Assembly: GCF_006345805.1 (NCBI RefSeq)
Contig: NC_043012.1
Span: 15,066,001-15,130,000 of the forward strand
Reading direction: 5' to 3'
Source: Octopus sinensis
Taxonomy: Eukaryota
Length of the DNA stretch: 64,000 nucleotides
In this document: positions 13,176 through 27,749 of the stretch, piece after piece
Position numbering within the stretch: position 1 is the first letter of the stretch
Layout of the letters: every line of letters begins with the position of its first letter
Position numbers and translations under genes: made by a program
Notes under the pieces: generated by a model
What the model was told of the DNA's origin: nothing
Seen by the model: only the letters and a program-made list of their open reading frames with translations
The model's database searches: none

Positions 13176-14288
13176 CAGCGGTTCTCAACCGGGGTCCATG
13201 TAAGATTCTTTTTTGTGGGGGTGGGGTTATGCAACAAAATAATAAATTGGGGATCCACGATAGTATTTTAAGGGCCCTGAAAAATTTTGCTTTAGCTGTA
13301 TGTATCGGCACGTATCGCAAGAAACATTTTACATGGTTCGGTCTACACTAGTGAATGTGGGGAAAACAAAATAGGGATTTTGAAAAGAATTTCTGTAAAA
13401 CTAGTTTTTAGATCGAATAGCTATGGCAGTCCACAGAATAAAATAGTAATCAAAGGAGTTCATAGATAATTTTTTTTTTTTATGTAAATATTAAAAAAGA
13501 AAAGGTTTCAATTCTAAAGATGAGGTATTTTCTTTTTTTAGCTCTAATTAATAGTATTTACTATCTTCACAGTGTTTACAGCTTTACAAAATTAAATTAG
13601 AAATTTCTTTTCTACTCTCGGCACAAGGCCCGAAATTATGGGGGAGAGGGCCAGTCGATTAGATCGATCTCCGTATGCAACTGGTACTTAATTTGTCGAC
13701 CCCGAAAGGCAAAGTCGACCTTGGGGGAATTTGAACTCAGAACATAAAGACAGACGAAATACCGCTAAGCATTTCGCCCGGTGTGCTAATGTTTCTTATT
13801 TCTTTATTGCCCACAAGGGGCTAAACATAGAGGGGACACACAAGGATAGAGAAAGGGATTACATCAACCTCAGTGCGTAACTGGTTCTTAATTTATCGAC
13901 CCCCAAAAGGATGAAAGGCAAAGTCGACCTCGGCGGAATTTGAACTCAGAACGTAGCGGCAGACGAAATACCTATTTCTTTACTACCCGCAAGGGGCTAA
14001 ATGCAGAAGGGACAAACAAGGACAGACAAACGGATTAAATCAACTCCAGTGCGTAACTGGTACTTATTTAATCGACCCCGAAAGGATGAAAGGCAAAGTT
14101 GACCTCGGCGGAATTTGAACTCAGAACGTTGCGGCAGACGAAATACCGCTAAGCATTTCGCCCGGCGTGCTAACGTTTCTGCCAGCTCGCCACCTTATTA
14201 AATTAGAAAATTTGACAAAATAGAGAATACAATTGAAAAAATTAAAAAGAAAAAAAAAAAGAGAAATAAGAATGGTTGAGAACCCCTG
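13176..14288. mobile_element. Non-autonomous hAT (Charlie-like) element interrupted by the SINE B multimer
   Basis: TIRs CAGCGGTTCTCAACC / GGTTGAGAACCCCTG. 8-bp TSD TTTTAAAT / TTCTAAAT (7/8). Confidence 0.85.
13610..14198 (-). mobile_element. SINE family B, tandem multimer (~3 body units)
   Basis: Repeated GTCGACCTCGGCGGAATTTGAACTCAGAAC blocks near 13710, 13920 and 14100. Other copies at ~6392-6635, 9500-9720, 33075-33490 and 42142-42365. Confidence 0.85.
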
Positions 14289-15392
14289 TTCTAAATGAAA
14301 TTTACTACAAATACCTTTCAATAGTGTAGATTACAATTATATCTGAATTTGATGTGAAAAGGCAATTAGTGGACGCCCACACATATATACATACTTACAT
14401 ACATCGCGTAAGTTTTTCAAAATTTCAAGTTCCATTTTGTGTGTGGGTGTCGAGCGCGCACTTGTGTATGATCATGTATGTGTTCGAGCCCACCAATGGG
14501 TTTTTCCACATTAATTTCCAATATAATTGTAATCTACACCATCTGTAGAGTATTTGTAAAAAATTCCATCTAAAAATACCGAATTTTCTGCAAGCTAGGA
14601 GGAAACAAAGCCGACTCGTGAATTTTCCCCTCTCCACTCTCGGAAAAAAATTTCACAATAAATTCCAATATAATCGGTGTTTACACAATCTGAAAGGTAT
14701 TTGTAAGAAAAAAAAAATCATTAAAAAGAGATCAGGATCTTTAAAGGTTATGAGGAAACGAAGTCGGTGGGGCACACTTGTGTAGGTATGCTTTGTAGAT
14801 ATATAAAGATGGACGAAATTTTTGCTTTTATATTCGTTTGATACACATTTTTTTCACCTATTACACTTGTTTTTTTTTTCGGTGGCCTTTTGTTAAAGTA
14901 AGCATTAACCAAAATCAGTATCTCGTTGTTCTGTGTGTAATATTTCAGATCTATTCTACCGCATATCTCTGACCGTGACTATCGTGTCTTTTTATATACG
15001 AAGGTCTACATAGTCTCATGTGGAAATTTGGCTGTATTTACTTGCAGATTGAGTGATCCTAGCCCTCTACTTCGAGTTGCCCAGGTTAGCCATAATTAGG
15101 CAGACCTATGATTAAATGTAATTCCAGCCGTGACTGTCCTATCTTTCCCCAATGAAAGACTTATGTCTCTCTAGTTCTCCCATGACTAATATGGTAGTGG
15201 GCCGGGAACCTTAAGTGTTGGCAATAAAATCTGAAAGTTGGTGCTTGAAATATGGGTCGTAGATTAAGCAAAGCAAATATTCACTAATCCTCATTGGTGA
15301 GGGAACATTATCTTTACTGAAATAACGGTAGTTGTATCGTAAAATTATAGATAAAGCCATTTATATAATAGACTTACTCTATGTTCAGTGAA

Positions 15393-15730
15393 GGCGCATG
15401 GCTCAGTGGTTAGAGCGTCGAGCTTACGATCGTGAGGTTGTGAGTTCGAATCCTGGACCGGGCTGCGTGTTGTGTTCTTGAGCAACACACTTTATTTCAC
15501 GTTGCTCCAGTTAACTCAGCTGAAGAAATGAGTTGCGACGTCACAGGTGTCAAGCTGTATTGGCCCCTTTGCCTTTCCCTTGGACAACATCGGTGATGTG
15601 GAGAGGGGAGGCCGGTATACATGGGCGACTGCTGCTCTTCCATAAACAAACAACCTTGCCCGGACTTGTGCATGGGAGGGTAACTTTCTAGGTGCAATCC
15701 CACGGTCAGTCATGACCGAAGGGGGTCTCA
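15393..15730 (+). mobile_element. tRNA-derived SINE family D
   Basis: A-box TGGCTCAGTGG and B-box GTTCGAATCC head, then a non-tRNA body. Second copy at ~2410-2730 (-). Confidence 0.85.
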
Positions 15731-17109
15731 ATAAAAGTCTATGTTCAGTTGAGTTCTATCTCTGCAAACTGATTTCAAGAGCAGGTTTCAATCCCTGGCA
15801 AAATTAGTTTAATTAACTTATGCTGCTAATACTTCTCAATACTTTGCTTTCACGTTTCGTTTTGTAGATATATATGTGATGTGTGTCATAGTGTAATTTG
15901 TTTGTGCCTACCAATTGTTTGTCTTCATTAAATTCTGATTTGATTGTAATCTACATCATCTGAAAGGTATTTCTAGAAGATTTCATTAGAAAAAATACAG
16001 AATTTTACTGCAAGCTATGATCTTCTCAAACTCCTCTCCCCATTTTTAGAAAATAAATTTCATGACAAATTCTGCTCCATATTAGAATCTACACCAGTGG
16101 GAAAATATTTGCAGAGAATTTCATTTAAGCTATCCATTTTTCTGACAGTTTTGAGGAAAACAAAGTTGGTGGCAGGGGCACACTTGGGTAGGTATCACAG
16201 AAAAATAGATGATACGTACGAATGTCGCCTTTCCTATATTTTAAAGCAGGAGTCCCCAACCACCAGGCTGCCCAGAGGGAATAAATTTTAAATGTTATTT
16301 CTATTTTATCGAATGTCACAGTATGCAGAGTGTTTTTACAATATATATGTATTCTTTTCTACTTTAGGCAAAAGGCCCGGAATTTTGGGGGTGAAAGTAA
16401 AAGTAAAAATAACAGATATGTTTTGACATTTTAGAATCTCCCCAGTGAAGTATATTCACTTGGCATGACTAAGCGTGATTGATACATGTGTGTGTGTGTG
16501 CCCTAGCACATCTTCACCATCCTTCTTTTCTTCTAACTGGGGTAACTACGTATCTGACCTACAGAGATACACAGTTACCTGATCCTGTCCCTCTATCATA
16601 CTTTAACCTCTTATCACTAAGGCATAAAGCCACCTCCCTCAACTACTACTTCCCACCTCAGTTGTGGGGTCTTGCCTTGTGAGTTACTTGGTGACCTGAC
16701 TAATACTAGTGCCATGTACAAAGCACCCAGTATCCTCTTTAAAGTGGTTGGCATTAGAAAGGGCACTTAGCCATAGAAATCAGGCCAGTTTGACTCAGCT
16801 CCATATGACCTAGTTTCATGGGCATGTAGAATGAATCTGATGAAATATGTTTGTCCTATGTACCCACAAAAGTTTTCATAAGTCATTTAGAACTGAGTCA
16901 AATTGTTATTAAAAATATAATGTAACTCCCACTAAATGTATTGAGTGCTGCTTTCTTTTATTTGTAGACAGATATTAAACTATGATGATGATGATGATGA
17001 TATATGTGTACCATCTAAGAATCCATAAGTCAGAAAAAATATGCACCTGTATATTTGTCAATAGAGTGGGTGTATTAATAAAAGTGTACAGTATAATATA
17101 TCCATTACA

Positions 17110-17196
17110 GCCAATCTTACCATTCAGTTTCACACTTGGGGTTCAGTGGAGTGTTAGATAACCTGATTATATAACACTGCACTCTTCAGAGATGGC
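17110..17196 (-). ncRNA. Degenerate hammerhead motif with long loop II
   Basis: Read on -: GCCATCT CTGAAGA GTGCA...AGTGT GAAA CTGAATGG TA AGATTGGC. Stem I is 7 bp with one bulge; stem II is wobble-rich. Homologues at 17247-17335 (+) and 3955-4044 (-). Confidence 0.55.
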
Positions 17197-17898
17197 AGTC
17201 ATGGAATGAAAAAGAGAGAGCAGTCATAATATTTCATTCTATAACTGTTGTCACTGAAGAGTGCAGAGTTGCATAACTGAGCTGTTATCTAACATTCTGT
17301 TAGATCCCTTGTGCGAAACTCATTGGTAAAATCAGATGTATTGGATGTATAGTACAGTACACTTTGGTCAATATATGTAAACATAATTTAAAGTCAGTAT
17401 TGGTATAAAACTTGTAGTTTACTTTACAAAGCTCCTCCACAAGTTTTAGCTAACAAAGGCTATCATACAGTAAAATTGATATTTCATAAGATACACATCT
17501 CTAATTCTGTGATATCTGTAAAGTTTATACAAAAGTGTGAATAATAGAAAACGAATTGAGCAACATACATGACACTACAGTTGTTTCGGTGTAGATTTGC
17601 CAGTAGAGACATTGTCAAAGTAGTAAATAAAATGTAAATTAACGCATGTGGCAGAATTGCTAGCATGCCAGACAGTGGTGTTTCATCTGTCTTTATGTTC
17701 TGAGTTCAAATCCTGCCAAAGTCGACTTTCTTTTCCATCCTTCTGGAGTTGATAAAATAAGTACCAGTCCAGTACTGGGATTGACATAATCAGCTAATCT
17801 CCCACTCTTTGAATTTTGTGCCTTGTCGCTGTTCTAGAGAGGATTATTCATCAACAACATTGGTGAATTGTGCCTCTTTGAGTGTTGCTAGAATAATG

Positions 17899-17929
<31 letters not shown>

Positions 17930-18173
17930 TAATGATTTCAAATTTTTGCCACAAGGGCAGCTTGGGGAAGGGGATTAAGTTGATTACATCGACACCAGTG
18001 TTTCACTGGTACTTAATTTATTGACTCTGAATGGATGAAAGGCAAAGCTGACCTCAGCAGAATTTGAACTCAGAACGTAGCAATGGGTGAAATACCACTA
18101 AGCATTCCACGCCAGTGTGCTAACGATTCTGCCAGCTCGCTACATTAATAATAATGATAATAATAATAATAAT

Positions 18174-18760
18174 AAATGCCCTGATGCAGTACCAGGCAAT
18201 GGCTCTCATGGCTTCTGATCTTAACTGATTAGAAGTGTTATCATGTACATTGTTTTGTCTTGGTATAAAAGATGGGCTACAGCAAATATTCTGCTCAATA
18301 CCACAGATTTGCTTGTTAGTTGTCTGACCATAACCAGTTGAGTATGTCCCTTAGTGGCTGACGATATGTGCATCTCTGATCACGAGCAGAAGTAGTGGGG
18401 GAGCATCATAGCCATGTGTTGAGAGGGATTCTTTGGGGTTTGAATAATTCACCTCTGGAAACATGGGTGGTTCTTTCAACATCCTTAAACAATCCTTATT
18501 CAAGGACCTTTTAAGCAGAATGGGCAACTCAACCTGAAGAAAATCTTAACTGGGTCCCACCTGCAAGGTCATGTGCTGTTTATCTTGATATGAGATCACC
18601 ATGTCGCGCACATATGGTTGTGATGCATGTGCCTGGTGTACCCTTATCAGACGGGTAGTCATGATGATAATACTGGGCTTCGTATATTTTACCCCAGTGT
18701 CACTTTGATGGCATGCACTGCTCTCTCACTCAATAATAATAATAATAATAATTATAATCC
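18174..18760 (+). mobile_element. (TAA)n-flanked ~570-bp non-autonomous retroelement
   Basis: Bounded by (AAT)n on both sides. Partial copies at 20597-20800 (-), 23509-23910 (+) and ~32970-33060 (+). Confidence 0.75.
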
Positions 18761-19873
18761 TTTATACTATAGGTATAAGGCCTGGATTTGTGTGGAGGGG
18801 GATGGACAATCACATCAACCCCAATACATGACTAGTTCTTAATTTAATGACTCAGAAAGGATGAAAGGCAAAGTCAACCGTGGCAGAATTTGAACTCAGA
18901 ACATAGCAACGGCCTCACAGAGGCAATGACAAAGGACAGAGACCTCTGGAGATATGCTGTGACTGTGAAGACCCGACAAATGAAGTGGAATTCATGGCTC
19001 GCAGGACGGCCTGCTATGCTTACCTTGGATCATAGGGTGACCTGCTGTGCTTGAGGAGACATATTGAGTCAAGTACATCAACATCAAAATAAAAATCAAA
19101 TGGAAATTGTGATTGTGATACCCGTGCCAGTGGCTCGTAAAAAGTACCAACTACACTCGCGGAGTGGTTGGCATTAGGAAGGGCATCCAGCTGTAGAAAC
19201 ACTGCCCGATCAGACTGGAGCCTGGTGCAGCCTCCTGGCTTCCCAGACCCCAGCTGAACCGTCCAACCCATGCTAGCATGGAGAACGGATGCTAGACGAT
19301 GATGATGATGATGATATGTATATATATATATATGTATGTAAATATTGAGCGAGGCAAATGAGTGCTCAACACTCCATTGGTGGATAAAGATTCTTTATTT
19401 GTGCATTAAGGCTACCATTGGTTTTATTCTAAAAAATATTTTAACATTTCTTCAAACTGATCACATAGGAAGATTCGTGTTTGTCTCCATTCGAAATAGT
19501 GACAAACACCAATTTTTCTGTGATCAGCTTCAAGAATTGTTAAGACATTTTTAAACATGAGACCTATATTAGCCTTAATGCACAAATAAAGTGTCTGTGT
19601 GTGTGTGTGTGTGTGTGTGTATGCATGTACATATTGTGAGAGAAAGAGAGAGAAAGAGAAAGGAATGTAGTGACTCTTGGTTATGGATGTCAGCAATATT
19701 TAAAGATTTTGAGGAGTGGCTGTGTGGTAAGTAGCTTGCTTACCAACCACATGGTTCCGAGTTCAGTCCTGCTGCATGACACCTTGGGCAAGTGTCTTCT
19801 ACTATAGCCTCGAGCCGACCAAATCCTTGTAAGTGGATTTGGGAGATGGAAACTGAAAGAAGCCTGTCGTATA

Positions 19874-19905
<32 letters not shown>

Positions 19906-20389
19906 ATATATATATATATATGTATGTATGTATGAGTGTATATGTTTGTGTGTCTGTGTTTGTCACCCCAACATCACTTGACAACCGATGCTGGTGTGTT
20001 TACGTCCCTGTAAGTTAGCAATTTGGCAAAAGAGATCGATAGAATAAGTACTGGGCTTACAAAGAATAAGTACTGGGGTCGATTTGCTCAACTAAAGGCG
20101 GTGCTCCAGTATGGCCACAGTCAAATGACTGAAACAAGTAAAAGAGTAACTGAGATGAGTTTTCATGTTATAATTATTTGGCTAATTTCTGTTGCTCAAA
20201 AGTTTTCAATTCACTGAATTAAATATGGCAGACATTACCATATTTATATTTAGTGTGCCAAACACTCCTTTTGCCCCATTCTTGGAATATTTTCTGTCAG
20301 CTAATTGGGTCGGTATTGGTTTCCCTTGTGGCAACAGGATGGTTTTGTTTTTTCTTGACCTACTTACATTTCAACAGAGGAGTCCGTCC

Positions 20390-20420
<31 letters not shown>

Positions 20421-20560
20421 CCCCCTCCACCTCCCCCCTCGTCCTCCTCATCCTTCTTTAATTATATGCTATTAGTTACACTAATTAGGACAATTGTATT
20501 GATATACTTTAGCAGAGATTTTGAACCTGATTCATTTGCCATTTAAAAAAAAGAAATCAA

Positions 20561-20599
<39 letters not shown>

Positions 20600-21525
20600 G
20601 AGTGAGAGAGCAGTGCATGCCATCAAAGTGACACTGGGGTAAAATATATGAAGCCCAGTATACCCATCATGACTACCCGTCTGATAAGGGCACACCAGGC
20701 ACATGCATCACAACCATATGTGCGTGACATGGTGATCTCATATCAAGATAAACAGCACATGACCTTGCAGGTGGGGCCCAGGTACAATTTTCTTCTGGTC
20801 GCATATATATGTATATGCATATGAGTTCATGCTCACAGGACGGCCTTGGATCGTAGAGTGACCCGCTGTTCTTGAGGAGACCTGTTGAGTCAAGTTCGTC
20901 AACATCAAAATAAAAATTCAAATGGAAATTGTAGTTAAGACACCCATGCCGGTGACACATAAAAAGCACTGTCTGAACGTGGCATACTAGCGTCGCCGGA
21001 CTGGCATCCGTGTCGATGACATGTAAAAGCACCAACCGATCCTGGCCGTTTGCCAGCCTGCTCATGCTCCTGTGCCGGTGGCACGTAAAAAACACCCACT
21101 ACACTCACGGAGTGGTTGGTGTTAGGAAGGGCATCCAGCTGTAGAAACACTGCCAAATCAGACTAGAGCCTGGTGCAGCCTCCATGGCCTACCAAACCCC
21201 AGTCGAATCGTCCAACCCATGCTAGCATGGAAAACGGACGTTAAATGATGATGATGATACATATACATATATGGGCATGGCTGTGTGGTTAGGGAGCTTG
21301 CTTCCTAGCTACATGGTTTCGGGTTCAGTCCCACTGCGTGGCACTTTGGGTAGGTGTCTTCCACTATAGCCCCAAGCCGACCGGAGCTTTGTGATTGAAT
21401 TCGGTAGGTGGAAGTTACTGCCGTGTGTGTATGTGTGCGTATAGCTGCTCAGTGCCTCTCCGAAAGAGAGAGGGGGATATCATGCTGGCATGGAAAGCAG
21501 ACGTTAAACAATGATGATGATGATG

Positions 21526-21580
<55 letters not shown>

Positions 21581-22172
21581 TGAGAGGCTAGATCTGATGA
21601 GTTTGAACATAGAATATCTGGAATATTTTTGCTGCACATGTCCACTTTAAATGTTAAAGAGTTAATGTCCATTTTTGCATGCTCACATGGATCAGACAGA
21701 ATTTGTTTTGGGTTGGCAACAGGAAGAGGTAGTGAAGAAATGGTTGAAGAAGAAATAGAGGAGTGGAGTTGGGGAAGAAGTGGTACTAGAAAAAAACTAG
21801 AGAAGGAGCAGAAGAAAATCAAAGGAGGACGGAGAAATCCTCATTAAAATATTGACATTTTGTTTACATAGCAGAATTTCATGTATGATCTTGACAACTG
21901 ATAATATTAACTGATGTAGTTGTCAATTATGATTAATTAATAGCTTAATGAGTTTTGTTTCCTGTCTGAATGACAAATAAATAAATAAATAAATTATTTT
22001 ATCAATTTAGAAAATTTGCATGCTGAGATCATAACAAAATATTATTTTTAAAAATTTAGTTTCTGTCTGACTTTCCCGCTTTCTGAGGAAGACAAAGTAT
22101 ATATCAGTATGTTGTTATGTGGCTATGTTTGAAATCTGTCATACTTTAAATGAGTGCAAGACTGGAGAGTCT

Positions 22173-22583
22173 TACTCTTTTACTCTTTTACTTGTTTCAG
22201 TCATTTGACTGCGGCCATGCTGGAGCACCGCCTTTAGTCGAGCAACTCGACCCCGGGACTTATTCTTTTGTAAGCCCAGTACTTATTCTGTCGGTCTCTT
22301 TTTGCCGAACCACTAAGTGACGGGGACGTAAACACACCAGCATCGGTTGTCAAGCAATGCTAGGGGAACAAACACAGGCACACAAACACACACACATACA
22401 TATATATATATACATATATACGACAGGCTTCTTTCAGTTTCCGTCTACCAAATCCACTCACAAGGCATTGGTCGGCCCGGGGCTATAGCAGAAGACACTT
22501 GCCCAAGATGCCACGCAGTGGGACTGAACCCGGAACCATGTGGTTGGTTAGCAAGCTACTTACCACACAGCCACTCCTGCGCC
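22173..22583 (-). mobile_element. SINE family A, full-length young copy
   Basis: Head GGCGCAGGAGTGGCTGTGTGG...GGTTCAGTCCC on -, tail (AAAGAGT)n, CpGs preserved. Confidence 0.9.
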
Positions 22584-23233
22584 TAGGAACTTTTTTTTTG
22601 CCAATGACTAAATTCTTATGAAAGACTTTTTCCTAGAGCTACAAGAACAGTTCTAAACTTGAAAGAATGGTCTTATGGAAGCTGGCTAAATGGGTGATTG
22701 ATATTTTGGTTAGGCTGTGTATGATTCCCCTTATTAAAACCAATTCACCATTTGAAGTTTACGATGATTTCATTTATATAAATACACAGAGATTAATTGT
22801 CAAAAGTATTAAGTTGAATACCAGGAGTGAATCTATGTCCATATTTGATGAGAAATGTGAATGTATGTTGGCTACAAGTGAGAGTCTGTTAGAGGCAGGA
22901 ATGTTCTGTGGTCACTATGGACAAATTCTTTTTAACCCAAGGTCAAATGGTGACCAAGAATTTTCTGTATTCATCTGTATCTTCTTGAACCTCTGCCTTT
23001 TCAGGAACCTTTGTTCTGATTGTCCTGTTTTTTTCTACATTTATGACCATATTTTGGCCTGTAACTGCATGGAAATTTCCATTCAAATCATGCGATCACA
23101 CAATCTACCTGAAATACGATTGGTCAGAATTCAGGACAAATCAACTCTTTTTCATCACTAAAATATCTAGGTTTCATAATTTCAGGCCTTGTGCCTTTAG
23201 TAGGATTATAATAATAATAATAATAATAATAAT

Positions 23234-23510
23234 AAAGAAATCCTGTGAAAATACCCGATTGGTTAGCAAGAGGTATTACTTACCTACTCCTGAAGAATAA
23301 TGAAACCAAATTTCCCCAAAACTATCAGTTCATAATATGTCTATCTACCACGTATAAAATTTTAACATCTATCCTTGTGGAAAATACATACAAATGTATG
23401 GAACAGAACGGTATTTTACCCCCCACTGGACAAAAAGGGTGCCGACGAGGCTCATATGGATGCAAAGACCAACTCTTAATCAATCACATGATCCTTGAGA
23501 TAACCAGTTG
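23234..23510 (+). mobile_element. R4/Dong-clade LINE reverse transcriptase fragment
   Basis: PDWL..GITYLL.K...NY..I.CLSTTYK.LTSIL...QKGCRRGSYGCKDQLLIN. Begins at a (TAA)n tract, the known Dong target. Confidence 0.8.
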
Positions 23511-25342
23511 AGCATGTCCCCTAGTGGCTAATGATATGTGCATCTCTGATCATGAGCAGAAGTAGTGGGGGAACATCATAGCCATGTGTTGAGAGAAATT
23601 CTTTGGGGTTTGGATAATTCACCTCTGGAAACATGGGTGTTTTGTTCAACATCCTTAAACAGCCCATATTCAGGGCCCTTTTGAGTGGGATAGGCTACTC
23701 AACCTGAAGAAAATCTTAACTGGGTCCCACCTGCAAGGTCATGCACTGTTTATTTTAATATGAGATCACCATGTTATGCACATATGGTTGTGATGCATGT
23801 GCCTAGTGTACCCTTATCAAGCGGGTAGTCCTGATGTGTATACTGGGTTTCGTATATTTTACCCCAGTGTCACTTTGATGGCATGCACTGCTCTCTGTCT
23901 CAATAATAATAATAGCTTCTACCACTAAGAGTAGCTAATAGCCATTCTTAGTTTCTGAGGACCTTGTTTTTGGTGAAATCAGTTAAAAACAGAAACTCTG
24001 TATGCTAGGGTCTTCTTAGTAGTCACTGAATACCATATTTTCTGACATGTAGTCTAAACATCCAAACATCCAAACAATCTTTCTAAATCCTGCTGCATTT
24101 CACTCGGGACTTTTGGTTCTCCAAAGTCATCTGGGTTCTCCAAAGTCAAATTCCCTTTTTCAGCTGTAAATTTTTGTCTGCAAAATTCAACTTGTATGTG
24201 GGAAAAGATTGACAAGACCCTTAACTCTTTGAGGGGTCACTGGGGCACTGCAGCTATGCAGTATAGCTAGGGCAAGAAAGCCTGCTGGAGCCCATCCCTC
24301 TCCAGACTAAACTCATTTCTATAGCTGAGTGGACCGGAGCAACATGAAATGAAGTGCTTTGCTCAAGAACATGACGGATCACCCAGTCCAGGGATCGAAA
24401 CCACAATCTTCTGGTCATGAGTCCAACACCCTCACCACTAAGCCACACGCCTCCACTAGGGAAAATATGGTAAAACTCTTTTATGTAGATATTCAGGTTG
24501 GCAGGGTTAAATGATCTACTTTGTATTCATTTTACCATTGACTTGCTTAGGAATTTAATTGATTTCATTTGATTAGGAACAAAGGAAGACAGTTCCTAGA
24601 TTAGAGTGTTTTCTTGAACCCTGCTGAATAAACTAAACTTTCTTGGTGCAACTTTAGTTATATGGTTGTTGCACCATATTTTTCATCATACAGGTCAAAT
24701 TTTTCAAACCAAAATTTTCAGGTAAAAAGGTAAGTCAATTTATACACTAAGATGACTTTGGAGTAAAAAAAAATTCCATGTCAAATGCTGCTGGATTTGA
24801 AATGATTGACAATATCTGAATGTTTACACTACATATTACATCAATTTGTACATCAGAAAATGCAATAACTGATGCTGTTGTTAACTCCCACGTCAGCCCT
24901 GCTTAAGCAAAACTAAGATCAAATACTTTCTATCATCCTCATATGTTTACAGACAAAAGCTTATCTCAGACTTCTAGAGTGTGATTTGGGAGAAATTTGG
25001 CTTCTATCTCTAGCTGTCATTGGCCAGTAGAATTTATATGAAAGGGCAGAGCCAGAATTTTTAATAAGAAATTATTTGTTTATGAATGTTTGATTGTGCA
25101 GAAATGAAGAGTATTTCTAAATGCTTACGGAAAATGAAATGCGACTGGAAGTATTTTAATTATTGTCTTCAAATAGATTATGTAGAATTATATAAATTAT
25201 TGTCTTCACCTCTTTTTTGTTCCAACACACAAGACATCAGTAGCTAGTTTGAAAAGGAATTTGGTTGTTCCAATGGCATTTAAGATGCACTTCTATAGAA
25301 GCCTTCTTAATCGCTTATGTGTTTCTTTTGTTTTTAATGCAG

Positions 25343-25516
25343 GCGTCACTATTGCAAGCACCAAGATTGCACCTTCATACACCCAGGAGCAAAAACAGAG
25401 CCAGTGACAGAATATAGTGCAAGATACACAGAACATGAACTTGGAAAAGTTGAATCATTTCGTCCAAAGCACGCACCTTTACCAGATGGGAAAATGGAAT
25501 GTAAATCTATACAAAG
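25343..25516 (+). CDS. SAXO: SAXO coding exon 2 (RHYCKH...MECKSIQR)
   Basis: Acceptor tttttaatgcag|, donor AG|gtatca, 174 nt, phase 2 to 2. Continues the CG-RHxC motif and contains a TEY..RY repeat. Confidence 0.93.
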
Positions 25517-25745
25517 GTATCATGATTTAAATATTCAGGTTGGTAATTGTGATGACTCAACTTTGAGTTGCAATAACAGAAGAAACACCACGATCTATAT
25601 TCGAATTTAAAAATATGATATGAGATAATTAAAAAAAAAAACGATACCCTAAATATCAGTTTGATTAACTTATTGGTTTATTAGTTGGTTTTACAACAAT
25701 ACTTATTTTGATTGTATTTTATGGATTGAAGGGTCTTAAAATAAG

Positions 25746-26580
25746 TATGAGGTGATATCAAAAGGTTTCTGAACCACTTATGTTTAATAAAAAATACCTT
25801 ACTTAATTAAGTATTAACATCATCTCCTTTGAAATAGTCACCTTGTGCGGCAATACACAGGTCCCAGCATTCCTGCCACTTTTGGAATCCAGCCTGGAAG
25901 TCGATTTCCATAAAGAAGTCGATGACCTTCTGTGATTTGCTCTGGATCTTGACAATGGTTTTAAAACAGTGACCTTTGAGCTGCATTTTCATCTTGAGGA
26001 AGAGATGGAAGTCCGCAGTTACTAAATCTGGAGAGTATGGCAGCTGTGGGAGGGATAGCATGTTGTTTTTGGTGAGAAACTCACAAGTGAGGCGAGCTCC
26101 ATGACAAGGTGCATTGTCATTGTAAAGAATGCAATTCTTCGTGCTTCACCGATTCAGTCACTTTCGAGGAGTGCCCACCCTCAAATGCTTCCAAATGTTG
26201 CAGTCATCATCATTTAACGTCCGTTTTCCATGCTAGCATGGGTTGGAACTCTCAATTGATGGTCTGGCCATGGGGAACAAATTCTCAATGCCCAATACCA
26301 CATTTCTGGTGGTGACACTCATGGACATTCATCCAGATCACTCATTGTCTTCCAGGGACGTTCTTCTGCTTTTGAAGCAACCGTGCCACTCAAAACATTG
26401 CGTACAACCCATTGCTTCTTCTCTGTAATCTTGCCAAAGCATGCTCAATGTTTCTTTAGCAGACTTCTTAAGTTTAATGCAGAATTTCATGTTGGTTCTT
26501 TGTTCCAACTTCATGTCAATGACCAAATCACAGACTACAGCAGACACGTGATCACAAAAACACAAATTTCACAACTTGGT
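25746..26580 (-). mobile_element. Decayed mariner transposon
   Basis: PYSPDL..DFHLF motif (25807-26061), N-terminus (26338-26565), and a TIR-like TATGAGGTGATATCAAAAGG at 25746. Confidence 0.85.
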
Positions 26581-26599
26581 CCCTAGAGCAGTGGAAGAA

Positions 26600-26915
26600 T
26601 GTTCTTTTCTCAGACGAGTCATCCTTTACCTTATTTCCGACCATCGGCCGAGTATACGTGTGGAGAAAGCCAAAAAAAGCATTTTACCCAGACTGCCTTC
26701 TTCCAACTGTTAAACATGGAGGAGGATCTATGATGATCCGGTGGGGGGGGGCTATATCTTGGAAATCTGCTGGCCCAAAGGTTTCCCTTCATGGCAGAAT
26801 TAATAGTCAAGGCTATTTAAGCATTTTATCTGATTAAATTCATCCTGAGGTTGTTTCTGGGGGGAAACACAATCTTTCAGGATGATGATGCTCCAATTCA
26901 CACAGCTAAAGTTGT
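26600..26915 (+). mobile_element. Tc1 transposase fragment
   Basis: [11 protein letters not shown].....W...G and IFQDDDAPIHTAK motifs, with frameshifts. Confidence 0.75.
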
Positions 26916-27232
26916 TACATATGTATACATGTATATGTATTTACAGGGGTTTTGTTTTGACGATGAGGTTTTTTCCCCCTTTCTCAAAAGATGTCATTAC
27001 TTTTTAGACAGTACTTTTTGATATACCAAACATTTTGGCTGTTTTCATTATGCTAGCACCTGCCATATGAGCACCAACAATTTGACCCCTTTGAGAGTCT
27101 GATAGATCTGTAATTTTAATGAATTTTAATTACCTTTTTATGATGATATCGGAAAAGAAACAGCAATTTTAGCAAAACATATTTTCTTAACCTTAATTCT
27201 TTAATCTTATATTTGACCAATATATATGTGTA

Positions 27233-27749
<517 letters not shown>

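Noticed and set aside
15393-15465. tRNA-Val(TAC)-like sequence with A and B boxes
   Set aside because: Acceptor stem is incomplete and the sequence continues into a repeated SINE body; it is a SINE head, not a tRNA gene.
22667-23161. 164-aa ORF with KLAKW...IL...FE motif faintly like Penelope RT
   Set aside because: Resemblance too weak to call by eye; no catalytic motifs, and no splice support for a host exon. A profile search would be needed.
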